From Klebsormidium nitens (lineage: Eukaryota; Plantae; Klebsormidiophyceae), in assembly GCA_000708835.1 (NCBI GenBank), contig DF236975.1:124001-188000 (forward strand): a DNA stretch of 64,000 bases, read 5' to 3'. The notes below the pieces were generated by a model. The model saw nothing but the letters and a program-made list of their open reading frames with translations, was not told the origin of the DNA and made no database searches. Each line of letters starts with the position of its first letter. Position 1 is the stretch's first letter. Position numbers and translations under genes: made by a program. This document shows positions 23,391 through 36,020 of this stretch, piece by piece.

Positions 23391-26300
23391 ATGGCAGTTT
23401 GGACGGAGTACCTGGCTTTGGCGGTCGCCATTGCGATCCCCGTCGGAGGCGGGTTCCTAGGGTCACTCTTTAACGGGAGCCCAGACGGTGAGAGTCATTG
23501 TGCTTCTGAACACAGGACTGCCCCTTCTCTGTACTTTCAGATTTTTTGCTACAAAGTCAATCAAAAAGTTGTGCACAATCAGATTCTTTGTCTACCGCTA
23601 GTTGCAAGTCCAAACAGTCTCGGCGCCCTGCAATTTGATCAGCCCTATATTCCTTTCCTGCTCCAGAAGTGTGTCGCTCCATACCTACTGCAAATTCTGC
23701 CTAAGTTGGCTCACTCCCGCTTCTTCTTTTGAAGTTTTTCGTTCTTGTGAGCGTTTTTGAAGTTTTTCGTTCTTATGCCCGCTCACAGCAGTGGCCACTG
23801 GCCAATTTGCTTGCATTTTCCAGATGCCCCGCACAACTCAAACGTCCATCTTTCGAACTCGCAAAAGGCAAAGATCATCTGGAATTGAAATACTGCATTC
23901 TGGGACTTGCCTACAACCATATTTCTGTAGACTCGTCTGGGCTTACTTGTTGTTGTTCTGGTCTGCAGATTGGTACAAGCACCTAGACAAGCCCTCTTGG
24001 ACACCCCCGGTGAGTGCGACATCGAAGTTTCATCGACCTTCGCAAGGATCTCAAAGAGTGAACATTGGTTTTTGGTCCTCTGGGTTTGGAATGGGACGGA
24101 TTGAAGCATCAGCGGTTGAAAAAGCTGACTTGGAAACAGTGCTGGGGACAATTTCCCTCTACGCTGCGCGGCAAGGGCGGATGAAGAGAGCGGGCCGCGG
24201 CGGGCCATGCGTTTTTGGTTCTTTAGGAGTCAATGCAGTGGTTTCTAAAGGTTGTTGCTTTCGAAAGCAGTAACTCCAAGAATTGATGGGGGCTTAACGA
24301 TGCAGAGAACTTACAAAGCTTTTGGTATTGTCTGTCCGTTGGCGAGAGCGAACCCCTCCTTTCAACGTGCTCAAGCGCCCCCCCCTTTGCGTGCAGGGTT
24401 GGGTGTTCCCCGTTATGTGGACCACCTTGTACCTCTTGATGGGCATTGCCTCGTGGCTCGTGTATAAGAAAGGAGGTGAGCAATCGACTTTCGCCCTAGT
24501 TTTGAATCACCAGACAGTTCCCCCCGTCTCTTCCTTCTAACGATGCCTCTGAGGTTGCAGTCAGTTTGTCCGCAGGTCGTTCTTTCGCCAGCAGACCTCT
24601 GAGCGTTGATAGAAGCTTGTAGGCATGCCTTCAGCGACTGGACAACCTGATTAACCTACGACTCCGGTACGGCAAAAAATTCACAGTTAGATGAAGGAGT
24701 TGAAACAACGATTGCTTCGTGATGTTAGGGCCAGCTGACAGGATTCTACTAGGTGCACCAAAGTGGATCTAAGTGCTGGTAGTTTGAAACTCATAGAGTG
24801 CCTTCTCCTAAAGCTTGGCGGGTGTTCCTTCTACCTCGCAGGTTTGTTCTGCTAAATTGGTTGTTGGTCCTTTCCCTGTCAGGTTTTCAGGCGCAATCAC
24901 TCCCTCTGGGCGTCTACGCGCTGCAGCTTCTACTGAACTTCTCCTGGACTCCCCTCTTCTTCGGACTTCACCGAATGGTAAGCCGCGTTCTCGATTTACC
25001 CATCTTCGGAAATCTAGACCGTTATATTTGACCTACAAAAACTGGTCTGTTGAGAGATTGTCGCGCCAAGCATACACCTTGAGGCTCCGTCGTCTGTTTG
25101 GTGCGTTAAAGGGAGCGCTTCTCTCTAGAGGGTGGGCTCGTTTTGTCAGAATTCGTGGTTGGAGAGCGGCGACTCAGTTTCACCTCCCTAAAACCCCTAC
25201 GTCTAGAAACTTCTTCGCGTGCGGAATTGACGTCATTCCGTCGCAGCAACTCGGGCCGCTGTTTCGCTTCGCTGCACAGCCGTGATCCGTACGTCAAAGT
25301 GCGAGTCTTCTGGTCCAGTGTTGGACTTAGGTACTCAGCGGATGATCAGCAATCCTCAGTGGACTCCACAAAGCTCGTGATGATGTCATCTCCCGCGTGC
25401 GCAAGGGGTCCTGGACAGTAGGGAGCTCAGCGAAGCTCGATTCGAGTCCACGTATTGCTTTCTACGGGTTTGACAGGCAATGATCAGAAGGGTCCAGAAG
25501 TCTACCTCAGCGTGCTAGCTTCACGGAAAGGGTCGCTGGAACGATCAATGAACGCAGACGGCGCAAGCCTCAGGGGAATAGAAATTTGGCCGAAGTAATT
25601 TTTGGTCCCCGACTTGTCATACTGTGTCTGTCCGGAAGTCTCTCGTTCGAGCTCAACGGATCAGGTCGCCGTTTTGAAAGTACAGAGCAAGACTTCGCTG
25701 ACCGCCACTGACGTTCTATGGAAAGTATCTTGCTCATGTTTGACGGCACCCTGCAGGACATCGCCTTTGCTGAGATCATCGCACTGTGGCTGTCGATCGC
25801 TGCGACGATCTACCTGTTCCACAGCGTGGATCCGACGGCGGGTTATCTGTTGACCCCGTACATTGCGTGGTGAGTATTATCACTTTCCTTTGAGCACTCT
25901 CTTAGTAGCGACAAGCCCACGGATGTTTTGAACCAGGGATAATGCGTAGAAGTCTTGTTGCATTTGCCTGAGCACCCTCTAGCGACAAGCTGGTGGATGG
26001 TTCGGAAAAGGGGGTTTCAATCCAGCAGATTGCTTGAAGTTTCTATAAGGCCCGACAAAAGCCGGCCTAAGGTTTGCGATCGAGATTCGAATTCGACGAA
26101 AGAACATTGATTCCTCAGACTGCGTGCTGAGGTCACGTCGTCGTTTCTGACCTTATTCTACTTCAATTGTGGGGAGTATCCGGCGGCTGCTTCTGATTCA
26201 AAGTGACGAAGTCAATCCGGCGACCAAGTTGGCCCTTGCCAAAGGGCCTCCGTAAGCATCTCGCGGGAACGGAAACGACTTCGTCTGCTTGACCGGTTGA

Positions 26301-26699
26301 AAGCGGCATTTGATATGAGACATTCAATTGACTCTACCTTCGACGAGACGAGAGCTATTTGAGATAGCGATACGAGTTCTGTCGGAGGTGAGAAAAGCCA
26401 CTTTAAGGGTTCCCTTTTCCATTCGGAAAATGCCGAAGACGATTCAATCACAAATCTACTGTCATCGTCGATTTGGGGCGGGACAAGCCAGGCCTACGCG
26501 TTCGCCTTCTTCTCTGCTCGAGATTCGCCCTTATCCGGACGTTCTGTTGGCGATTTTAATACACGGCATGCGCGCGCTTATCTTTTGCAGGGTCACCGTC
26601 GCTGCCGCCCTCAATTGGACGATTTGGTCCATGAACCCGGGAATGAATGGAGTCGCCACGTCCGACCCTGCGTTCCGTGGCTTTGTATCTTCAAGCTAG
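23391..26699 (+). CDS. TSPO: TspO/MBR translocator protein, 177 aa
   Basis: Exons 23391-23487, 23969-24009, 24397-24475, 24883-24977, 25757-25869, 26591-26699, phase-consistent. Hallmark motifs [39 protein letters not shown] and LLTPYIAW. Confidence 0.97.
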
Positions 26700-26839
26700 T
26701 CCTACTAGAATCTTGTGATTATCCGTCTCTTGTGCAAAAGAGCAGTCTGCTCACATTGAATAGACACTCTGGCAACTTGGACCGAGAGCGGCTAGTTGTG
26801 CGCATCTTGCACTGCACCAGGACCTTAGGACGACTGCTT

Positions 26840-27660
26840 GTAGACCTTTGAAGCGGGCATGCATCGGGTTCTGATAAGAGCACTTGGTGCAGCTGTGCCG
26901 CGGCCGTACCTGTGGTCAACTGGCAGTACGTTTCAATCTACTCTTATATGACCATTCGGCGGCAGTTTGCAAATGTTAAGAGGTTGCCAGTTTGCCGCTC
27001 CTTCAATGTCTTAGTCGAAGGGACGGCGTGGGGTCCTTACTAATTGTGCCCACATGCATGCCTCTTTCAAGGCACGGTGCAAGAACATGCGAGGTATAGC
27101 CGCCACTGTGTGCACAGCTGGGCGGCCTCGACTTTCCAGCATTATTTGTAGTGCGCGGCGCTGCTGATCGACGGTAGCAGCCAGTGCAACCGTCAGTCTT
27201 ACGTGGCATACTATATCAGTAAAGCGGTTGACGTCACCGTACAGGATGCGCTCCTTTATTGCAATTGGCGCCGCGCGCGTATGTCAGATTAAGCATGCCT
27301 TTGATCTTCCTGACTATGCTGGGTTCAATTCTACTTGAGGCCACGCGAATGTTGTCCACAAACCTTATGTCGCAATTCAACAAATCCATTCGACCCGCGG
27401 TTATCAAATTGTCCAGTTCCACGCCAGCCATGGCCGACATGGCAAACTGAAAAGGGTACTTCGGCAACAGTACATTAATGATACGGTTTGGGCTTTCGAG
27501 CGCAGCAGAATATAGATCTCAGTGCCGTATCGGCGCGGCATAGTGCGGGCACAGGTTGGACGCGCTCCCTTATAACTGGCCTTGCGCGACGCCAATGATT
27601 TGCATGCGCATTGAATCTGGGTTTGGCGGCCCTTATGAATTTGAAGCAGACTGAATTTCA
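26840..27660 (-). mobile_element. Degenerate RT/RNase H fossil resembling TATE/VIPER tyrosine-recombinase retroelements
   Basis: Across frameshifts the minus strand reads FSLLQIHKGR..., ALRSIFCC, FQFAMSAMAGV...DIRFVDNIRVASS, RFTDIVCHVRLTVAL and KLPPNG...PDAC. This order follows the recalled kinetoplastid TATE/VIPER RT (SAIAGV...VWIDNIRIAGS...FLGVQFDH..AVSL...NLPP...TDAS). Not verified by search. Confidence 0.5.
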
Positions 27661-28529
27661 AATAGTGGATCGAAATCAAGAAGATTGACGAAGTACGTAC
27701 TATCCACTGGGCTTCTACGTTCTCAACTTCACTGAACGTACACCCTAAAGTTTCTGTCTGGCAGTGGATCGGAGCTTCGCGCTTCCGGTATTCGATCGGA
27801 TCCGGCGGACTTCGCCTACGCTGAACGGAACGGGACAAGCCTTGCTGCTCGCGAAAGCAACACCGTACGATGGATGCTCATAAAGTGATCGAATGGCCAC
27901 GTTTCAGCGGGAGGAAGCCTCTCCGGACACCAGTCACCAGCAGCCAATGTACGAATCATGGCATGATCCACGCATTCGTCCGCAGAATTGACGAATCATC
28001 CTCCTCCATCGTCATTGCTCCACAGACAGGCTGCAACAGGTGAGCTGTATGACGGCGCGAGCGCTTGCCATTGGTGATCAATGCGACTCGAAACCCGTTC
28101 GCCGCGGACCTCGAGAAGGGTTTTGAACAAACACCGCGGGTTTCCGATTTGGGCTTTGTTCAAAAGCTTGGAACCAGGTTGGCCGAACAGCAAACTTTGA
28201 GCTTGAGCTTCTAAAGTGGTAGCCTGTAGGATTGAAAAAGTGTGTGGGTGAAGCTAGGCGCAGGATAGTCATGTAAGAGAAACGCTTAGAGAAACGCTCC
28301 AGCGCTAAAGAACCTGAGCAACTCAATGATGTCGTCACGCAGATTAAAAGTTCTACTAGAGAAGGACTAAAGCAGCAGGTTGGCATGTACTCACACAGCA
28401 CCATTTGAATTGCACACTGTACTTGAACAAAAGAAGCCAAGATTCTACGCTGGAAACTCTGCCACTTCCTACTAGAAACGCTTGGTATGCATATAGAGAT
28501 TGCAAAAAGGATCAAGCTGTCAGGACACC

Positions 28530-30417
28530 ATGGCAGATTCTAGAGATGCCGCTCTGGCTTGCGGGGAGGATAGATTGGTCGGGTTGGAGGAGGTCGTTCG
28601 CGAGTGCCCCCAGATTTTGAGGATGCTGACGTGGCTCGAAGACTTTGCCAGACTTTCTGCCGTCAGCAAGTTCTTCCACCACGCATGCAAGAGGCCGGAG
28701 CTCTACAGGTACGCAGGATAAAAAAGGGCTTCCCTGAAACATACCAGAAAGAAGCGCTTCGTAAGAGCTGCCTCCGAGCTCATGCTTGTTGCCAACTTTT
28801 GCTTCCTTGACATTCAATGAGTTGATCCAGTTTAGGTGTTTACAGCGGTTGTTGGCATCATTGTTCAGTGGATCATGTCAACTGAATCAGGTCAGCAAAG
28901 TTGTGTGCATTGGTCTGGTTGGGATCGGAACGGTCCATTCCAGTCCTGTTTATATGCGGATCAGATATACCAACTGCCCACAGAATGATCTCACTTCGAG
29001 TGCGGAGTTCTAGTAGAGACTAAATGCTGCCGAACCATTCGGGTGACAGGGGCAGAAAATCAAGGTCTGTCTTTGACCAGAACGGTTCAAACGATTCTGA
29101 GGTTCTGTGCTTCTATGCCACTTGAAATGAAACCGCCGCGGCGTAAAAAAGACAGCTTCTATCGTGAGAATGAGTGCGACTCGTCTTCTGGGCTGAAAAT
29201 TCTTGACGCCCCCTCTGAACGTACTGTGGAGGCAGTCTGAGTTTCTGTAGATCTGGCTACCTATCAAGCATTCAGAATCCTTTTCGATTTTCTAGCCGCG
29301 ACTCGACTCCCTTTTAGAAATGCTTGAAGTGAGCGTTTACAAATTTCGCGTGCCTTCCACGTACAACGATCAGAAAGCGACTGCGTCTCTGTGGCGATGT
29401 TGGCGGCACGTGACTTCTGGGCGACCAGACACGACTTGCTCAGCCTTTAGGTCGCCAGAAAGGCACTCAAGTCGCAACGGCATCCTAGAACGTCAGACCG
29501 CTTCGCTGAAAAAGCTGATCCGAATCGTTTCCTTTTCCAGGACGGTCCAAATGGAGGAGCGCATCTTTAGACGGCCACTGCTCTGGCTGGCTGAACGCTG
29601 CAGCCAAACCCGGACTCTGAAAATTCTTCGGAGCTGCCGCTGCGCCGAACTCATAGCAACCGGAAAGTGCATTCTCGGCGACGCTCTTGCCGACTTCCGA
29701 AAAGCTTACTGGATCATGTCCGTCGTGCAAGAGGTCTCCGAGGCGAGGGCGGAAGCTCTAGAAACTCTTCTGAAACTCTGCGGTTCTTACTTAGAGAACT
29801 TGACAGTGAGCTACGAGTTCCCTCTGTTTCCTAATAGCCAACGGTTGGAGGGCTACTTCGGAAGGGGTCCCAACTACGGCGGTCAACCCGACAGACTCTT
29901 CCGTATCGTCAGCCGAAATTGCCCGCACTTGCAAAGTTTGGAGGTTCCAGCTAGGAGCAAAGACTTTGCGGATCCGGGCAGGCACGAGGCGTTCCTGCGG
30001 CGGAATTCCCTCTCCCGCTTCGTTATGAAAGCGTGTCCGTTTCTCGTTCGTTTCGAGGAACCGGTTGCTTCGGACGTCAGAGAACTAAGCCGGGGCTGTC
30101 CTGATCTCCGGAGTATTCACACCCCGTACTTGAGCCTTCTACGCCCGGACAGCAGGAACTACCCCCCCGGGGAAACTTTCACCAACTTGAAGCGGCTGGT
30201 TCTAGACATGTATCCTGGTCTTTGGGACGCAGCAGACCCCACGCAGAGCCCGGTCTTTCGCGAGTGCTTCGCCAGTGCCTCCGTGGAGGTGAGCCGGTGT
30301 AAATACTTCCGACGATTGCGTTGCCAGTACTGCTACGTCACGGAGCCTGAATATGCCCGGGATTCGCGTTGCGAGTGCTTCGCCAGCGACTCCGCAGAGG
30401 TGAGCTGGTGTGACTAA
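28530..30417 (+). CDS. F-box/LRR-like protein, 351 aa
   Basis: Exons 28530-28708 and 29541-30417, phase 2. F-box-like N-terminus (LEDFARLSAVSKFFHHACKRPELYR) and Cys-containing LRR-like units (NCPHLQSLEV, GCPDLRSI, FTNLKRLVL). Confidence 0.75.
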
Positions 30418-30606
30418 GAGCGGAATTGGCGTTGGGCGTGCTTCGCAAGCAATTCCGTGGAGGTGAGCGGGTGTGAATAAGTCCAGGTTCTCCGTTTCGA
30501 GTGCTTCGCCAGCGACTCCGTGGAGGTGAGCAAGTGTGAATAAGCTCGAATTTTGCATTGCGAGTGCTTCGCCAGCGACTCCGTAGAGGTGGGCCGGTGT
30601 GAATAA
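30262..30606 (+). repeat. Five copies of a unit encoding ECFASDSVEVSxC; the last four have a 63-bp in-frame period and each ends in TAA
   Basis: Copies start at 30262, 30373, 30436, 30499 and 30562. In-frame TAA codons at 30415, 30478, 30541 and 30604. Confidence 0.95.
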
Positions 30607-30699
30607 GGCCGGGTTTTGCATGGGTCAGGCCTACGTTACGGTAGTACCCCCGCTCTCAAGAACTGAAATGTTGAATCCAGAAAGAGTGTGCTGCGCCGT

Positions 30700-30751
30700 C
30701 CGTACTGGCCCCCTACTGGCCCTAAACCCAACCCCACCCGTCCCCCGGGCC
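30700..30751 (+). repeat. Partial copy (right end) of the CCCGGGGGAC-ended repeat family
   Basis: CCAACCCCACCCGTCCCCCGGGC is identical to the motif at ~21654-21676. Confidence 0.6.
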
Positions 30752-30952
30752 GTGACTACTCAACGTAGTTTCTACTAAACATTAAAAGATACTTGCTTCG
30801 TGTGACCTTCTTGCTACGGAACGAGGAACCACTCGCGAGATCCGTTACTGTCTTCCCAAAGGATGTCACGGTTCCCTCGTAAGCAGAAAACAATCGCATT
30901 GCAGCCAGGTCTCGCTGAACTTTTGGGCTATGTAGCGAAAGTCCATCTTAGC

Positions 30953-31242
30953 AGTTACTCAAAGACGCGTACCTTCCTCTTCTGCAGGAAGTAGTTCTCC
31001 TCATCGATGGCGTTCACGGGATCCTTTTCTCGGAGATAGAAGTTCTATGGCTGCCGGATATGTTTCCCACCCTCCGCAGGGTTCAAATCGGGTACCATCC
31101 TCCCAGTACATGGGACCCGAACTACGACGAATACGTCGCGGAAAAGAGGGACTATTGGCAAATGATCCAGGAAATGATTTCGGAGCTAAGGCGGGAGAAA
31201 AACTTTGAGGAGATTTGCCTCGAGATTGTTCAGCCGTTCTAG
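30953..31242 (+). pseudogene. Orphan LRR-like coding fragment, possibly a broken F-box/LRR paralog
   Basis: Open frame QLLKDAYLPLLQEVVLLIDG...MFPTLRRVQIGY...EEICLEIVQPF* has LRR-like LPxLxEVxL and FPxLRRVQI units. No complete gene model. Confidence 0.35.
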
Positions 31243-31400
31243 ACGGTATGTTGTTCGGACATCGTAGGTGATGCCAGGGGCCGTTGCAGCCGTCGAAAAT
31301 CCTTACCATGATGAAGCTAAACGCTCTTGAAAGCCTGAGTATGCCAGGGCTCGATACCCCGACAACGTTTCCTTTTAAGAGTCGAACCCCAATGAGGGCT

Positions 31401-31528
31401 GAAGCAGTGCTTATTGCTCAACATATGTTTTTGATTATTTGTGTGTGGGGCTCACGAGAAAGAAAGATACGGGCGGCTTATCAATTTCTTTCATGTACAT
31501 TGTTTGGATCTGTTTTTATGCTGCTGAT
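31401..31528 (+). pseudogene. nad4: NUMT: fragment of mitochondrial nad4
   Basis: AT-rich island translating to EAVLIAQHMFLIICVWGSRERKIRAAYQFLSCTLFGSVFMLL, matching the conserved Nad4 segment [40 protein letters not shown]. Confidence 0.9.
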
Positions 31529-32667
31529 AGTATGCAGGTATCTGACTCTCTTACTTTCTGTGAGTGCATAAAATTTTGAATATCAACAGTCACGATGTGA
31601 AGCGGATGTGATACGGATTCATGCCACTGAATACGACTGCGAGTCCCCAGGGGGTATTACCAAAGTTGCAAGCTTGCGCGCCAGCGCGCTACTGTAGATG
31701 GCAACGGCCGATGGGCGGCAAGTCGCGGTCGAAACGCGCCAGCGGGCCCGGCGGCGTACGTTCGTAGCACTACAAATTCATGGCCTGCAGGCTTCTGAAC
31801 ACCCAATCAAGGCCGGCCGGGCGCCTAGGAAGTACGGGTCGGGCGGCCGCGCATGTGCGTCCACTCCGACAAGTCTAATCGTAAGCCAGATCTGCAAATT
31901 AAGCGGCGTGTGCACGTACCCGGCGTAATGCGCATGCAAACCGGGCGCTGGGCTGGATGTCAAACATGGGCGTATACGGTGTGTGCCATGTGGTCGCCCT
32001 ATAGGCTGATTGACATCATGTCTCATGTGTACGTGCATTCTGGCGAGTGACTACCAAGAAGTGCTCATCATGAAGAGGCTGCAATCTGCACAGTCGTGGT
32101 CCCTACGGCCATTTTGCCGGCACTCAGGCCACGTATCTGTTCGCCAGGCGGCATAAAAGCCGACCCTTGGCAGGCACAGACATTAATTCGGGATTCGCGC
32201 TGAGCCGGGCCAGTTTATAAGTTAATCTGCCCTTGATACCGTGTGATACTTGAGCAATGACCAGCATTCATTGTGACCGGCGCGAACCTCTTAGGCTCCA
32301 ACCAGCACATGCAATCACGCCCTGAAAACGCGTACCGCCCATGTCCGGCAAGTGTGCGATGGACTTGGCGAGCTCATGATATCATGCAAAGGTCTGTTGC
32401 GTGCGTGAAAATGACATGCGTTGAGGCGCAGCAGAGCACCTTCAACCTGCTTCGCACTTTCGAACGATCCTCCCCATTTACCCACTGACATGGCAGCAAA
32501 GGATGCGAGCGTTGACCTTGAGTGGAAACCGTAGAACGGGAGCTTTTCAGAGGAGTCAAGCAACCTGGTCAATAACTTGGGCAGCGATGAAACGACCGGT
32601 AACTGCTTGGACAACATGTGACTTGGTAATGCTAAGACGTGACCGGGCAGCCCAACAATGCTGGTCC

Positions 32668-35600
32668 TTAGTCGCCTTCATCATCGTTCTTGTAGGCCAC
32701 CATAGCATCAACTTGATGCACCTGCAAAGGGTTAATGGCAAAAGACTCGGAATCGATGTGCGCTAGCTCTGGTCCTGCCGACTGGCCTCAGAACTAATGA
32801 CTTTTTTGGGAAAGGAAGAAATCTTGGCTCAAAGCCTGATTCAGGATCAGAAAACCGATCAGTCTGGTCCGAGAGCGCGTCTCGGACCGCACCACACGTT
32901 TCGAAGGCTTGATAACACGAGAAGGCGGAACTACATGCGAGCGTGCAGCCGTTCCCGCATCAAAGTCACCAAGTCCCGGCAGGCAGAGTTTTGCAAGGCC
33001 TTGCGCAGCTGAAACGGAACGTGCTGGTCTTCCCGAGTACGCTGCCATCCTTCCAAAAAGTCTTCGACACTATTCACATGACCAAACAAGGACTTCAATC
33101 CGGCTCCCATCTGCTTCTACCTTAACTCCGTGCACCTGAGATAGCAGGACTGCTGAACCTTTTTTCTGGTTTTACCACCTGGTCGGGAAGAGGCTAGATT
33201 ACGTTGCCGCTCACCTTGGTGCTAAAGGACCGCAGCTTGACTTCCGCGGACTTGTTTATCAAACGTGCGTCACTTTCTTCCCATGTTGACGGCACCGCTG
33301 AGTCGGCGGCTGTGTATGCTAACAAGTCGAATGTACCTACAGGAAGGTTGCTGCGGTCTATTTTCGGCGGAAAGTCAGTCTCAACCATCTCAAGAGAGCC
33401 ATTGGAATACTGGGGACCGGCTGATTGTGGATGCCGCTTAGCCATAAACGAGAATGGTTGTATCGCACCAATAAGCTTTTGCCCCGCCTTGACATCTGTA
33501 TAACAAACTGCTTATTCTAGACGGAGCGGTCATAGTTGGACGGATCTCAACGAAGCAGCTGGATCTTCACAAGGTGCCGGGTCAGAGCAACGGTAAAAAG
33601 CAATCGTGCTAGCGGAATCAACTCAATTTACAAGGAAAAAGCAAAAAGGCTTCTTCTCACAATCGTGGACTTACATGTCTCGTCGAGGAGAGGCAGGAAG
33701 GTGATGCTCGCCGTAATCTGCCTGACGATTGCCTGGATCTCGCTCATAATCTCCTTGTCGGACTTCTCTCGAGTCGTCCTGAGGTGAGAGAGGGGACAGC
33801 GCACTCGTTACAAAAGCAGCATTGGTGACAGTTGTCACAAGCTCAGTACCGCAATGAACTTTCCCACCGACGACTTCTGAGATCGGCTGACAGTACCCGC
33901 ACCGTATTTGCAATTGTCCGATATTGACCATCTTAAAATTGAATTCGGAGAGCACGACACAATGTTTGCGATGAGTGATTGGACGCCGTGAGACTGTTCA
34001 AAGATATCATAAGAGGATACAGACAGAAGTTCTGCAAAAATTGAAGAGCTTCATGGCCATCAACGCGTCTGATGCAGAAACTCAGACTTGTAGACTTTGA
34101 GCATCTTTAGTAGACAAAACGGAAGACGACAGAACGTGGACTCCCGAGCCGACGCAGGACTCAGGCTGTAGTTTTCTCAGATTGGACGGTCTGGATTGAT
34201 CGGATCCACTAATAATGACCATCAACTGGAGGGGTTAGAGTGCAGGGGAGTCCCTAGGGAGTCCGCCAAGAGTCCCTGTTCTCTGTCCTTTCGTTGAGAC
34301 GAAAACCCACTTACAAGACCCATGTTGTGTCAATCAAGATCATACTGTTGCGTTGACCTAGTGAAAACGAGTTGTTCCTTGTTTTCTTCTTGATCAGCAT
34401 CAAGACCATGATGAAATCTGACCTATCTCTGACCTATTTCCTGACCTATCTCGGGTATACACCCCTAGGTAAAATCAAGCTGTCAAGTCACTCGGTTCGC
34501 AACACCAGGGCTGAATGTTGGCAGCCAGGCGATAGCTATAGCATACTACAGATGCTTATGTTGCACAAAGCGTGGTGGATAAGTGGGATGCCTACCCTGT
34601 TTGCACTGACTCCTTGTCCGTTTCGATGTTGAAGGCCCAGCGCTCCAGGACCTCCTTGGTGGCCACGCTTGCGACCACCAGGACCAGTTTCTGCAACTTG
34701 CCTGTCAGCAGCCATTCTGCAGCAATGCAAAAACCAGACATGCTTGAGTCAGACGAGGGAATGAGGATGGGGTCAGTTAGGTGTCAGAAGCAGGAAGCAG
34801 AGAGAGGAATCTGAAAGACAAGGGGGAAAACAGTTGCTTGTGGTGTCATGAAACACGGACGCCCGATTTGAATTGAGTAATGCTTGTGACGGGACTAAGC
34901 TAAACTTGCCAACAGATTGTTAAGGTAGCTGGAGCAGACATGTCAGGGCAAGCATCACTTTGAGTGGAGCCATGTCCGCTTCTGAGGAATTGAAGCCCAA
35001 CGAAAGAGATGGCGGGAACAGTGGAGGCCTTGACATTGGAGATTGACTTCCGTGACCGAAACAACCAATATCTGGATCATTGAAGAAGAATCAACAAGAG
35101 ATGTGACGCCACGTGCCTGGCAGAAGTCACGGGGCTTGCCTGATATTTGCGAAAGCACCTGCTTAAGGTAGTCCCGCACCCTCTCATCTGTACATACGAG
35201 CATGGACAAGCCATACTTCTTGACCCTGGTGAAGTTCTCCTCGGGGTAGATACCCCGCTGGTACAGTATACTGCAAAAGCAAGCGTCATCAAAGCGGACA
35301 AAGTTCCATAAGGGTTCCTCAAATGTATGAGACCAGTCTGCTAGTAAGTACCCAAGCCAGTTTTTCAGAGTATGTCAGGTTAGAGCATCGCCAGTACTGG
35401 CCAAACCCCTTACTGTCTGTGCATTCGTTCAAGCCTCCTCAGACTCTAGCCAACTTGCCAGATGCTTTAACACTAAACCAGAAGAAAGACCTTCATGACA
35501 TGGTTGACCTCCATCGACCTGCGCCTAACTCTTGAACACTAGGATTGAAGCATTGTGTACAAAGTTGTCCGAGCTTCCGACTTTCCCTCTCCGGATCCTT

Positions 35601-36020
35601 CAAGGCTTATGCGTGGCTTGCCGCCTTACCTGTCTACAGCATAGCCTGTTGCAAGAGAAAAGATGACGGTCAGAATGTGATGAGTTTATCTGCTTATCAC
35701 CCACTGCAATTGACTAATGCTCCTTTCAAACATCTCAAATGCCAATCAACCGCAGTAGGAAGATCCACAAGATGCGTCCTTTCCTATCATCTGCCGGCAA
35801 TTGCTTCGGCTTGTTTTGACAGTGTTAAAACGAACTGCATTCAAATGCAGCACTTTGGAAGTACCAAGAAACAGATGTGGCAGTTAGTCGACCTTGGTAG
35901 GCACATGTCCCATTGGAGGATGATCTTGACAATTTAAATCTGCTCACCAAAGAACTCCGTGACAATCGCTGTTGAGCCCTTGAGAGTGATTGTCTCCCTT
36001 GTTGCCCCCGCTGTTGCCAT
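32668..36020 (-). CDS. MAD2: Mitotic spindle checkpoint protein MAD2 (HORMA domain), 206 aa
   Basis: Exons 36020-35948, 35645-35630, 35270-35140 (GC donor), 34716-34596, 33778-33675, 33336-33215, 32721-32668. Motifs ITLKGSTAIVTEFF, ILYQRGIYPEENF, VLERWAFNIE, IQAIVRQITASITFLP and WEESDARLI. Confidence 0.97.

Noticed and set aside
30262-30606. CRISPR-like array (conserved ~45-bp repeat with variable 18-nt spacers)
   Set aside because: Eukaryotic context with no cas genes. The units are in-frame copies of the gene's C-terminus, they are degenerate, and the spacers are too short and mutually related.
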